Shown piece after piece: positions 14,184 to 25,341 of a stretch of DNA of 38,128 bases. The stretch lies in the NCBI GenBank assembly GCA_003511945.1, contig DOJA01000246.1:1-38128 (forward strand), written 5' to 3'. The stretch is from Phycisphaerales bacterium. Lineage in GTDB: Bacteria; Planctomycetota; Phycisphaerae; Phycisphaerales; UBA1924. The notes beneath the pieces were generated by a model that had not been told where the DNA came from, ran no database searches, and saw nothing but the letters and a program-made list of their open reading frames with translations. The translations under genes were made by a program, and so were the position numbers. Numbering within the stretch: the stretch's first letter is position 1; the number at the start of each line of letters is the position of its first letter.

Positions 14184-15470
14184 TCACTGCGCGTCGAGCC
14201 ACGCTTCCAGGGCTTCGAGTGCGCCCGGCACGATGGCGTAAGGGCCGGTGTCGGGGTCCCCGAGCGAGCGGTTCAGGCCGTGGCCCGCGTGCGGGAAGAG
14301 GTGGATGGAATAGTCCTTCTCGTGCTTCTGCGCGAAGCGGGCGAGGATCGCGGCGCTCTCGGGGGCGTCGAGTTGGGTGTCCTCCGCGCCGAACAGCCAG
14401 AGCATCGGGATCCGCGTGCGCTCCAGGACCGGCAGCGGCTGATGGTCCTTCACGCGCCGGTACCAGTTCACGAACCACCCGTCGCGCGCGGCTGGCTTGC
14501 GCCCGCTGCGGACGATCCAGTCGTGACGGTGCACGCGCTCGAAGGCGCCGAGATAGTCGTCCCAGAGCGAGTTGTCGTCGATCGCCGCGAGCAGCCGGCG
14601 CCACAAGTCGAGCGCCTCGGCGGCCTCCTGCTCGGTCATCCCCGCGGCGCGGTACGAGTTGCGGGCCGCCGCCGTGTCGGCCTCGACGACGCTCACCGCG
14701 GGACCCGAGACGACCGCGATGAACCGAATGGCTTCCGTCTGAGATGCCGCGAGGGGAGCGACCCAGCCGCCCTGACTGAACGCGAGGGCGCCGAAGCGCG
14801 AGGCGTCAACATCGGACCTCGCTGCGAGCGCCTCGGCGGCGGCGGCGGCGTCATCCGCGAGCGGCCCGAGCCCGACCTCGCGCCAGGCGCCGGTCGAGTC
14901 GCCGCAGCCCCGCTTGTCCCAGCCCAGCACCGCGAAGCCGCGCCGGGCGAAGTGCTCCATCCAGAAGCGGTAGCCCTCGTCCTGCGTCCGGGAGTCCCCG
15001 CCTCCGTGCACCAGAACGATGCCGGGGAACGGCCCCGAGCCCACCGGGTGGACGACGCTCCCGGAGAGCTCGGCGCTGCCGCTGCTGAACCGGATGGGGT
15101 CCCAGGCCACCGGCGCGAGCGGCGACCGCTCGAAGCGGACAGCGCCGGACCGTCCATCGGGGAGCGTGATGATCCCGGCCAGCGCATCCGGATGAACCGT
15201 TGCGCGCAACGAGCCGAGCGACGCGGGGAGTTCGGCGACGATCCCGTCGGGACTGACGGTGATCGACGCGCAGGGCACCGACGGGAGGTGCAGCGACGGG
15301 GCATCGAAGGAGCCGACCGGCGGCTGCGCCTCGGCGTCGATCTCGAGTCCCACGCGAACGGTCTGGGCCTCGAAACGCCACTCACCGGTCCACCTCTGCG
15401 GCTCGGCAGGGGCGAAGCGTGCGATGAACAACGAGAGCAGTGCAGCCGCCGCGGAGCGCGCCAAGGGCAT
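14184..15470 (-). CDS. Secreted alpha/beta hydrolase (dienelactone hydrolase / S9-like).
   Basis: Lies within ORF 14184..15629. ATG 15470 follows AGGAG. The signal is MPLARSAAAALLSLFIARFAPA. Contains VLVHGGGDS, the nucleophile elbow AFSQGGW, and the C-terminal FPHAGHG. The tracked N-terminal extension would run into the 5S rRNA terminator. Confidence 0.85.
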   Translation of the reverse strand: MPLARSAAAALLSLFIARFAPAEPQRWTGEWRFEAQTVRVGLEIDAEAQPPVGSFDAPSLHLPSVPCASITVSPDGIVAELPASLGSLRATVHPDALAGIITLPDGRSGAVRFERSPLAPVAWDPIRFSSGSAELSGSVVHPVGSGPFPGIVLVHGGGDSRTQDEGYRFWMEHFARRGFAVLGWDKRGCGDSTGAWREVGLGPLADDAAAAAEALAARSDVDASRFGALAFSQGGWVAPLAASQTEAIRFIAVVSGPAVSVVEADTAAARNSYRAAGMTEQEAAEALDLWRRLLAAIDDNSLWDDYLGAFERVHRHDWIVRSGRKPAARDGWFVNWYRRVKDHQPLPVLERTRIPMLWLFGAEDTQLDAPESAAILARFAQKHEKDYSIHLFPHAGHGLNRSLGDPDTGPYAIVPGALEALEAWLDAQ

Positions 15471-15555
15471 GCGGACTCCTACAGCATGGAAGGGCGCGTG
15501 TTGCGGGTCGGGAACCAAGCGGCGCGGAGTCGTCGGCGCCTGGAATCCCGCGAGT

Positions 15556-15600
15556 GAAGAAAACAAAGCGGCCCCGACCGGGGTGAACCGATCGGGGCCG
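15556..15600 (-). terminator. Rho-independent terminator of the 23S-5S unit.
   Basis: The minus strand reads cggccccga ...loop... tcggggccg followed by ctttgttttcttc, starting 4 nt after the 5S 3-prime end. Confidence 0.6.
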
Positions 15601-15603
15601 TGA

Positions 15604-15709
15604 GTCGGCGATGACCTACTTTCCCGCAAGGCAGTATCATCGGCGGCCTGGGCTTAACTGCTGTGTTCGGGATGGGAACAGGTGTTGCCCCAGACCTATG
15701 GTCACCGAC
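15604..15709 (-). rRNA. rrf: 5S rRNA.
   Basis: The minus strand reads GTCGGTGACCATAGG...CCCATCCCGAACACAGCAGTTAAGCC...GCCGATGATACTG...GGGAAAGTAGGTCATCGCCGAC. It aligns by eye to E. coli 5S, including the CCGAAC and GCCGATGGTA regions, and the termini pair as helix I. Ends are accurate to about +/-5 nt. Confidence 0.85.
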
Positions 15710-15971
15710 AAAGCCCGGTCCGTCCGCGAGGACGAACCGGACGAGGAGGGTGGCCTCTTCGTCCGGACAGTTCTGCGATTGCTGATGAAACAGGGTTGGA
15801 TGGACGGAGTTGATGATGTTGATGAGTCGTACGCGCCCGTGCGGGGTTGAAGCCGCCCGGGCCGTCAATGTGAAGCGTGCGTTGATGAATGATCGTCGTA
15901 AGAACATGAGCTTGCACTCGCTCCGTGGCCCGCCGGGCGTCGTGCTGGAACACGACGGCGGAGGGTTGGAG

Positions 15972-18731
<2,760 letters not shown>

Positions 18732-19103
18732 ACCAACCGAACGCCGTCGTTCATCGGGGGACGCCCGGGGCCATGATGAATGGCGCCGGGACGACCTGCC
18801 GCACGAACCATGACGCCCGCCTGGCCTCGGCCTGCAGACCCATGAGTTACGATCAATCTTCTATCTTCGCTCGCTTCAATTGACGCATACGATCTCGGTG
18901 CCGCCCTTGAAGTTCCGGCCCAGGGTTCTCGTGTTGGACAAACGCGGGGACCCTCCCGGCCCTCTCGGGCGGCGTGGCAATCGCAGATCTATCCGGTTGT
19001 CAAAGAGGCCGGGACGACCGACCGTCGCGGTGCGAGCGTCCCACGCCCGGTTCGGGGTTGCCGAGCCGGGTTCCGCGTCGTTTGGATTCGAGCGGGATCG
19101 ACG

Positions 19104-19131
19104 AGTGTACTGATCGCCAAGGATCTGTCAA
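19104..19131 (-). promoter_or_regulatory. Candidate promoter for the 23S-5S unit.
   Basis: The minus strand reads TTGACA (19126-19131), a 16-nt spacer, then TACACT (19104-19109), about 370 nt upstream of the mature 23S 5-prime end. Confidence 0.4.
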
Positions 19132-19196
19132 GGCCGCCAGAACCGCGTCGGGCGGATTCCTGAGCGCGGTGGGGAGGACCGGGGGACAACGAACGC

Positions 19197-21326
19197 TCAG
19201 AACCCGCCCGGCTTGGGAAGCCCGCCCGGTTGGCCGGGCTGCCCGCCGCCCAATGGGTTACCGCCAAGGGGGTTACCGCCCAGGGGGCTGGGTCCGCCGC
19301 CGGCGGGGTCGCCGCCGCCCCCGGGGGCTGGAGGGCCGCCCCAGGGCGAGGAGCCGGGCAGACGAGCCACGCCCCGCTCTGCCGAGCGGGCCGACTTGGC
19401 GAGCGCCTCACGGAGGGCGGCGGTCGACGGGTCGTTCGAAGGGACGCGGAGGAGGATCCGATCAGCCCCCTGCGCGAAGGCCGCCTGGGCGATGGCCTTG
19501 TCCTTCGACCACGCGGAGGCCACCCCGAGAAGAAAGGTGTCCATCTGCAACGGACGATTGCGCTCGACCGGTGTCTGCTGGGCGATCGAGCGCCGGCCGG
19601 ACTCGTCCGTCGTGATCTCGTAGGTCACCAGCCCTTCCGGGAGCGTGATGGTGCCCGCGGCGGTGTCGCCCGGCTCAAGGCCCACCTCCACCCGGCGCCA
19701 GTACCCGTAATAGAACTCGAAGAGTTCGACCGACGCCCGGGCGGGCGAGGCCAGGCCCGTGGTGCTGGGCTCGCTGGCGGCCTGCAGGATGAGCACGCGC
19801 TCTTCGGGCAGAACGATCGGGTCGGACCATTCCGAGAACGCCCCGTCGATGGCGATGTTCTGCGCCAGGGACTTCTGCTCGTCCACCAGCCCGTCGGTCT
19901 GCCCGAAGAGCGGGTTCGTGACGCGGACCCGAGCCCGGTAGCGGTAGGTCGCGCCGGGGCGGGCGGTCAGATCGTGGGTCCAGAGGGTGAACTGGCCCGC
20001 GTCTGGGTGCGACACCGAGTGGAGCGGTTCTGCGAACGAGGCCGCCGCCAGGGGCTGACCGAACCGGGTGAACCCCAGCACGCGCAGGGCCTCGACTTGC
20101 TTGGCCTCGTCGGCTTCCGCCTTGCGCAGAGCTTCCTGGAGGGGGCCGGTGTCCCGTTCACGGGGCTGTTTGGGCTCTTCTGGTCCGCCGCCCCCGCCGC
20201 CTCCGCCGATCTGGGCGAGGTAGTTTCGCTCGAGGCGGGGCCAGACAAACTCGTCGGGCGCGAGGGGCGTGGCGTCGCGAGAGGAGCGGCGTTCCGGGGG
20301 GGGGGGCGGAGCCCCGCGATCGGCGGGAGGGAGCTTGAGCTGGCGCCGGAGGCGGTCGACTTCGGACTCGTACCCCTTCAGAACGCGCAGCGCGGCTTCC
20401 AGTTGGCGCTGCTTGTCGGCGTTCTCAGACTCGATGCCCAGCGCCTTGGCCGGGAGTTCCCAGGGGTCGCCCGAGACCGTGGGGTAGAAGGGCGGGCGGC
20501 GGATGAACTCGCGGGCGGTTCGCTCCTGCTCGACGATCCCGCGGAGCGAGGAAGGGCCCAGATCGGGGGCGACCAGCGGGGCCCGGGTGTCCGGAGCGCC
20601 GGGCATGAGCGCCAGGGGCGACTCTTCGCTCCAGGAGCCGTCGGCCAGGCGCTCCTGACGGAACCACTGGACATCGAGGATCTCAACCAGCGACTTCCAC
20701 AGCGCCTCGGGGATGGCTCTGCTGCCTTCGGGGGCCGGGGCGCCAAGGATCTCGCGGAGTTTGGCGGCGTCGAACCCCGACTGCACCGAGACGAATCGCA
20801 GATCAAACGGCTGCGCTGGCGGGAGCAGCTTGGCCAGCTCCGGACCGATCTCCGCCACGGTCAACGGATCGATGGCGGCGCCGAACGGAGCCGCCACGGG
20901 ACGGTCGGGCGCGGGGGGCTCGAAGAGCGCGAAGGGGGCGGTGGCGGCCTCGATGGCCTGGATCTCGCCCCCGGCGCTGGACGATCCCAGGAACGCAGGA
21001 GTTCCCAGACTGGCGAGCGTCCGGGGCGAGCCCTTCGACTGCAGGGCCGCGAGGAACTGATCGCGGGCGCTGGGTATGGCGTCGGTGTCGGGCACGCCCG
21101 CGACGACGGCGGTGGATTCCAACGCCGCCCGCTTGACCTCGGCCATGGAGCGCAGCGCCGCGTCGGCCTGATCGAGCGGGACATCGCGCCCCCCGACCTT
21201 GACCGAGCGCGCTCCGCCCAGCAGCCCCAGTTGCATCGCCAGCACAGCGACGAAGAAGAGTCCGAAGAAAAGAAGGACGCCCTTCTCCACATGGCGCTCG
21301 ATGATGGTCACACCCTTGATCTTCAT
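19197..21326 (-). CDS. Large bitopic membrane protein (709 aa), unknown function; third gene of the pilM-led operon.
   Basis: N-terminal TM GVLLFFGLFFVAVLAMQLGLLGG. Coiled-coil-like segment KQRQLEAALRVLKGYESEVDRLRRQLK. Contains a G8 run. The beta-rich C-terminal half contains ATYRYRARVRVTNPLFG. The Gly/Pro tail is PLGGNPLGGNPLGGGQPGQPGG. GC3 is high. Confidence 0.8.
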   Translation of the reverse strand: MKIKGVTIIERHVEKGVLLFFGLFFVAVLAMQLGLLGGARSVKVGGRDVPLDQADAALRSMAEVKRAALESTAVVAGVPDTDAIPSARDQFLAALQSKGSPRTLASLGTPAFLGSSSAGGEIQAIEAATAPFALFEPPAPDRPVAAPFGAAIDPLTVAEIGPELAKLLPPAQPFDLRFVSVQSGFDAAKLREILGAPAPEGSRAIPEALWKSLVEILDVQWFRQERLADGSWSEESPLALMPGAPDTRAPLVAPDLGPSSLRGIVEQERTAREFIRRPPFYPTVSGDPWELPAKALGIESENADKQRQLEAALRVLKGYESEVDRLRRQLKLPPADRGAPPPPPERRSSRDATPLAPDEFVWPRLERNYLAQIGGGGGGGGPEEPKQPRERDTGPLQEALRKAEADEAKQVEALRVLGFTRFGQPLAAASFAEPLHSVSHPDAGQFTLWTHDLTARPGATYRYRARVRVTNPLFGQTDGLVDEQKSLAQNIAIDGAFSEWSDPIVLPEERVLILQAASEPSTTGLASPARASVELFEFYYGYWRRVEVGLEPGDTAAGTITLPEGLVTYEITTDESGRRSIAQQTPVERNRPLQMDTFLLGVASAWSKDKAIAQAAFAQGADRILLRVPSNDPSTAALREALAKSARSAERGVARLPGSSPWGGPPAPGGGGDPAGGGPSPLGGNPLGGNPLGGGQPGQPGGLPKPGGF

Positions 21327-21369
21327 GGTCGCGTTCTCACTGCCCGCGGGGATTGATCTGGCGTTCGGC

Positions 21370-22755
21370 TCAGTTCGACTCGGACTCTTCGCTCGGCGGC
21401 TCCTCGGACCCGGCCTCGCCCGGGGGCGCCGGGGGGGGCGCGTCGGGCGGAACGCCCAGCGCCTCGCGGACCTTGGCGGGCATCAGCGGCCTGAGCCACG
21501 CGCGGAGCCAGGCGGACTCCACCCGCAGGGACACGCGCACCAGGTGATCGGCGCCGAGGTCGTACCCTAGCCGTAGGTCGGGGAGGGGGTCGTAGTCGGC
21601 GATGTCCACGCCCACGACCGTCATGAAATTGACGGACGAGAAGGCGTCCAGGATCTTCGGCACATCCTTGCTGGCGGCGATGAGCACCACATCCGCGTAG
21701 CGAAGGTCGTAGATGGGGTTAGGGGACGCGGGCCAGGACGCGCGCCCGGTGTGCGCCACCGCGAAGGTCTTGGGCAGTTCGGTGCGCTCATCGTCGCTCT
21801 CGGGGGGCGTCGCGGGGCCTTCGCCGGTCGGGGTTCCAGCGGATGTTGGGTCCGCGCCCGCCCCCGGGGCCGGCTTTCCGCTGGGTCCGACCATGATCGA
21901 TTCCAGGATCTTCACGGGCGCGCGGAAGACATCCAGCCGGCTGCCGGAGCCGTCGGAGTTCGCCAGCAGCGCCGCCTTGATGAGGTCCTCGTTGACCCAG
22001 TAGATCATCTGCTGGTCCCAGGCGGTCTCCAGCGGCAGGACCGTGGAGGGCGGCCAGGGCTTCACATTCGAGAACACGCTCGGTGTGGCGTAGAAGGCGG
22101 TCCCCGCGGATGAAGAGCGGTAGATGTCCAGCCGGCGCTGGGCCAGCGAATCCGTGAGGCGGGCCTCCTCGTCCGCGGTCAGCTTCTGGTCCGAGCGCCC
22201 GGCGGTGATCCGGGCCACTTCGTCGGTGCGGAACTTCTCAAGCGCCGTCCGGACCGATTCCTCGGAGGGCGGGCTCCCGGCGTGGTGCGCCTTGAGCAGG
22301 TCGGCGTGCGCGCGGGGCCACGCCTGCACGAACTGATCGAGCAGGCGGAAACTGGTGCTCAAGTCGGGGGGCGCCGGGAAGAGCCGGTCGGCGCCGTCGC
22401 CCAGGATCGTCCGCTTGCCCCTGGAGTTGCGCTCGATGGCGTCGGCGCGGACGCGCCCGACATCATCGACGATCCGGGTCAGGAGCCCCTTGACCCTCTC
22501 CGTGGTCGCCGCGTTCGGTGGGGCCGTCACATCGACGACCGGGGGCTTCCCCGCAAGGAACGGTTCGACGCGGTAGGTCACATCCAGCCCGGCGATGGCC
22601 GAGGCCTGCTGCGACACCCGCGCCTCGGCGGCCTTGTGCACCTTGGACCCCCAGCCCGTGCTGAAGAAGATCATCAGAGGGGCCGCGATGATCGCCGTCG
22701 CCAGCGCGATGACGACGATCAGGTTTGCCTTCAGCCAGGGAACGAACTTTTTCAC
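21370..22755 (-). CDS. Bitopic membrane protein (461 aa), unknown function, in the PilO position.
   Basis: The GTG start overlaps the pilM-fusion stop as GTGA (22752-22755). N-terminal TM LIVVIALATAIIAAPLMIFF. Acidic Pro-rich C-terminus. I recognise no family motif. Confidence 0.8.
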   Translation of the reverse strand: MKKFVPWLKANLIVVIALATAIIAAPLMIFFSTGWGSKVHKAAEARVSQQASAIAGLDVTYRVEPFLAGKPPVVDVTAPPNAATTERVKGLLTRIVDDVGRVRADAIERNSRGKRTILGDGADRLFPAPPDLSTSFRLLDQFVQAWPRAHADLLKAHHAGSPPSEESVRTALEKFRTDEVARITAGRSDQKLTADEEARLTDSLAQRRLDIYRSSSAGTAFYATPSVFSNVKPWPPSTVLPLETAWDQQMIYWVNEDLIKAALLANSDGSGSRLDVFRAPVKILESIMVGPSGKPAPGAGADPTSAGTPTGEGPATPPESDDERTELPKTFAVAHTGRASWPASPNPIYDLRYADVVLIAASKDVPKILDAFSSVNFMTVVGVDIADYDPLPDLRLGYDLGADHLVRVSLRVESAWLRAWLRPLMPAKVREALGVPPDAPPPAPPGEAGSEEPPSEESESN

Positions 22756-24893
22756 GCGTCCGGCTCCTGCGTTACAGCGGATGGGTCGGGGACCGCCTCG
22801 GTAGCGGGGTCGCGGACCTGGGCGTACCAGATCACCGAATACCGATAGACCGGCCCCTCGAGCGGCTTGCGGATGAGTCGCTCGGGGAACGGCGCGAGGG
22901 ACTCGAGCGAGGACTGCCCGCGCGAGTCACCCGATCCTCGTTCAGGGGGCGAGCCGGGGGGGGAGGGGCGCGAAGGGCTGCCGCCGCCCAGAGGAATTCC
23001 GCCGCCGGTCCCGCCCAGGGGGATTCCCCCGTCATCGTCGGGCCTGGGGCGTCCCCCGAACCCGCCCGGTCGGCCCCCAGGGGCGGATGGAGGGGGAGGC
23101 GGAGGACGCCGACCCCCCCCCGTCGGGGCGGTCGGGGTGGGACCGGGGGGCGCCACAATCGTGTCGATGCGCACTGCGGCAGGCCCGGGGATGGCTTCCA
23201 GGGTGTAGGGGATCCCCATTCGCGTCGCGTTTGATCTCAGCCAGGCGAGCACGGTGTCGTTGGCGAAGGCCTGTCGGTCGGGGTGGTTGGAGTCGAACAC
23301 CAGCGTCATGCGCACCGCGCCCCGCGGGCCGGCCTTCAGATCGGCTGCCCCGGATTCCGGCGTGGTGGGCGCGGGGGAGTCCGACCCACCCGATCCGGCA
23401 GCGGTCTGCGCGACGAGCGGGGATTCGGGCGCGAGGTACTCGGTGTCGAGCGACTTGATCTCGACCGCGTGGGTGTCGTCGGGCTTTCCCGGCGAACGGA
23501 AGACGCGGGCGGCGCTCAGCATGCGGTCCACATCCTCCAGCAACGAGGTGTACAGCCCGCGCCCGTCGGTCAGGGCCAGCAGGTTCTGCGCCATCATGCC
23601 TGGCTGGGCGGCGGCCGATGCTTCCTGCCACTCGGACTTGAGGCGGTTCCCCAGGGAGATGGTCTCGTTGATGGGGCGCTGGATCGAGTTGTCGGCCCGG
23701 GCCCGCGCCATGGCCGCGTTATCGAGGAAGGGGCGCAGGAACGAGACGCCCCCGGCAGCGATCCCAAGACCGGCGGCGGTCAGCAGCCACGGGGTCTTGC
23801 GCTTCCACATCGCCTTGCGCACCACCGAGACGGGCATCAGGTTGGCGTTGATGAAGTTCAGACCCAGCCCCTGCAGGGCCATGCCGTAGGCGGTGGCGAG
23901 GGTCGGAGTGGCGGCCTCGAAATCGGCGGCGGCGGAGCCCTCGACGCTGAGGCGCTTGAACTGCTCGAGCCGGAAGACCTCCATCTGGAGTTGCTGGCTG
24001 AGGATCTTGCGGAGCCCCAGAAGTTTGAAGGTGGCGCCGACCCCGATCAGCCGCTGGATGTTCGACTCCGGGTGGGTCTCCTGGAAGTAGGAGATCGAAC
24101 GCTGGATGTCCTGCACCAGCTCGGAGAGGACGGGCTTCATGGCCTGGAAGATGTGGCGCTTGTACTTGGAGGTCTCGGCCTCGCGCTTGAGCTTTTCCGC
24201 CTTGCCGTAGGCCAGTTTGAAGGTTTCTTCGAGCGTCTGGGTGAAGTTGTGGCCGCCCAGGGGGAAGGTGCGGATCCAGACCTTGCCGTGGTCGGTGATG
24301 ATGAGGTCGGTCGCGGTGGTGCCGATGTCGAGGATGACCGTGCCGGGGGACCTGGGGGTGAAGCCCAGGTCGTAGGCGATGGCGTTGTAGACCGCGACGG
24401 GGCTGAGGGAGAAGATGTCGGGCACCAGCCCGACTTCCTCGTAGACCGCCAGGCGTTCGGCGATGCGCTCCTTGGTGCAGGCGAAGATGCCGACCTCGAC
24501 ATCCGGCGAATCCTCGCTCTGGAAGGTCTGATAGTCCCACTCGACCTCTTCGATCGGGAAGGGGATCTGCTGGACCGCCTCGAAGCGGACGAGGTTGGCG
24601 ACGCCCTTGGGCTCGACCGGGGGCAGCTTCGCGAAGCGGGCGAAGGTGCTGTGGCCGGGGAGCGAGACGGCGATGGCCGCCCCCCGCATGGCGTCGCGGT
24701 ACTGGGACATCAGCGCGCCCAGGGCGACGCGGGTGGCGTCGTCACGGTCGATGTCGGGGGTGGACAGGACCTTCTTGTGCGGGATGACCACGAAGTCGGC
24801 GACCCGGAGAGAATCCGCGTCCTTCTCGAGCTTCAGGGCCTTGATGGCCCCGGCCCCGACTTCGATACCCCAGCAGACATTCGAGGATGGCAT
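22752..24893 (-). CDS. pilM: PilM-like actin-fold ATPase fused to a PilN-like TM segment and a long periplasmic, Pro/Gly-rich extension (713 aa).
   Basis: GAGGAG lies 6 nt before the ATG. The PilM/FtsA-like N-terminal domain contains WGIEVGAGAIKALKL...ILDIGTTATDLII...FPLGGHNFTQ...IGVGATFKLLGL. This is followed by INANLMPVSVVRK (compare PilN INLLP) and the TM WLLTAAGLGIAAGGV. After that comes about 330 aa including GGIPLGGTGGGIPLGGG. Confidence 0.85.
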   Translation of the reverse strand: MPSSNVCWGIEVGAGAIKALKLEKDADSLRVADFVVIPHKKVLSTPDIDRDDATRVALGALMSQYRDAMRGAAIAVSLPGHSTFARFAKLPPVEPKGVANLVRFEAVQQIPFPIEEVEWDYQTFQSEDSPDVEVGIFACTKERIAERLAVYEEVGLVPDIFSLSPVAVYNAIAYDLGFTPRSPGTVILDIGTTATDLIITDHGKVWIRTFPLGGHNFTQTLEETFKLAYGKAEKLKREAETSKYKRHIFQAMKPVLSELVQDIQRSISYFQETHPESNIQRLIGVGATFKLLGLRKILSQQLQMEVFRLEQFKRLSVEGSAAADFEAATPTLATAYGMALQGLGLNFINANLMPVSVVRKAMWKRKTPWLLTAAGLGIAAGGVSFLRPFLDNAAMARARADNSIQRPINETISLGNRLKSEWQEASAAAQPGMMAQNLLALTDGRGLYTSLLEDVDRMLSAARVFRSPGKPDDTHAVEIKSLDTEYLAPESPLVAQTAAGSGGSDSPAPTTPESGAADLKAGPRGAVRMTLVFDSNHPDRQAFANDTVLAWLRSNATRMGIPYTLEAIPGPAAVRIDTIVAPPGPTPTAPTGGGRRPPPPPPSAPGGRPGGFGGRPRPDDDGGIPLGGTGGGIPLGGGSPSRPSPPGSPPERGSGDSRGQSSLESLAPFPERLIRKPLEGPVYRYSVIWYAQVRDPATEAVPDPSAVTQEPDA

Positions 24894-25046
24894 TCGGACT
24901 CCTCAGGATCGGCGGACGCTCGAAGGGGCCGATCGCCCGGGTCGAGTTCGGGACGCCCGGGACAGTCGGACCACCGGGTCGGCAGCACCGGACGACGGCG
25001 CCGGGGCGGTCATGCTACCGCAAGCGAGAGCGCGCCCACCCGACGC

Positions 25047-25131
25047 TGCCCCCCCGGAACTCCCCCCGGAACGCCCCCCGGAACGCCCCCCTGTACGCCC
25101 CCCGGAACGCCCCCGGTACTCCCACTGGGTA
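25047..25131. repeat. Tandem array of about 7 units of a 12-mer CGCCCCCCGGAA (G5-7 tracts on the minus strand).
   Basis: Units lie at 25047-59, 25060-71, 25072-83, 25084-95, 25096-107, 25108-18 and 25119-31, in the divergent pilM/rpsA intergenic region. Confidence 0.9.
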
Positions 25132-25341
25132 CGGACCCTTCGGCGCGCAACGGGAGGCCTCGGTCGGTACGCGGGGGGCTCGGGGGCGGTTCGGGTCGTT
25201 CCTCGATACCCGGGGACCGAACGCCCACGGGTCTGTACACTGAGCGGTTCGGGATCGGCGGCGGACGCGCTGGTGGGCGCCCGACGAGCCGTCGATCGGT
25301 GGCGGGGCGCTGCGGCGCCGGAAATCATCAGCGGATTGGGC

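Noticed and set aside
18732-19196. Searched for a 16S rRNA 3-prime end or spacer tRNAs upstream of the 23S, and in the 23S-5S spacer (15710-15971).
   Set aside because: No anti-SD/16S tail and no cloverleaf-compatible sequence was seen. The region is short and ends at a protein-gene stop codon.
19230-21356. 708-aa plus-strand ORF. The same reasoning applies to 23283..25397 (704 aa) opposite the pilM-led operon.
   Set aside because: It is Arg/Gly/Pro-rich and low in complexity, and it is antisense to genes with a recognisable PilM domain, TM helices and coupled starts. The frame lacks any start context.
25047-25131. Possible CRISPR array. The same question was asked of the heptamers at 37504-37545 and the 141-bp element at 11879-12019.
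   Set aside because: The units are 7-12 nt and directly abutting, with no unique spacers. No cas genes are present. These are microsatellite-like tandem repeats, not CRISPR.
24595-25341. Long N-terminal extensions offered by the ORF track, for example rpsA from 24595. Others are 774, 7716, 9437, 11280, 12855, 15629, 28972, 29258, 31271, 33788 and 37334.
   Set aside because: The extensions are Arg/Pro-rich. They overlap neighbouring genes, an rRNA terminator or the tRNA. Better-supported internal starts exist, based on an SD, GTGA coupling, signal peptides or family-typical N-termini.
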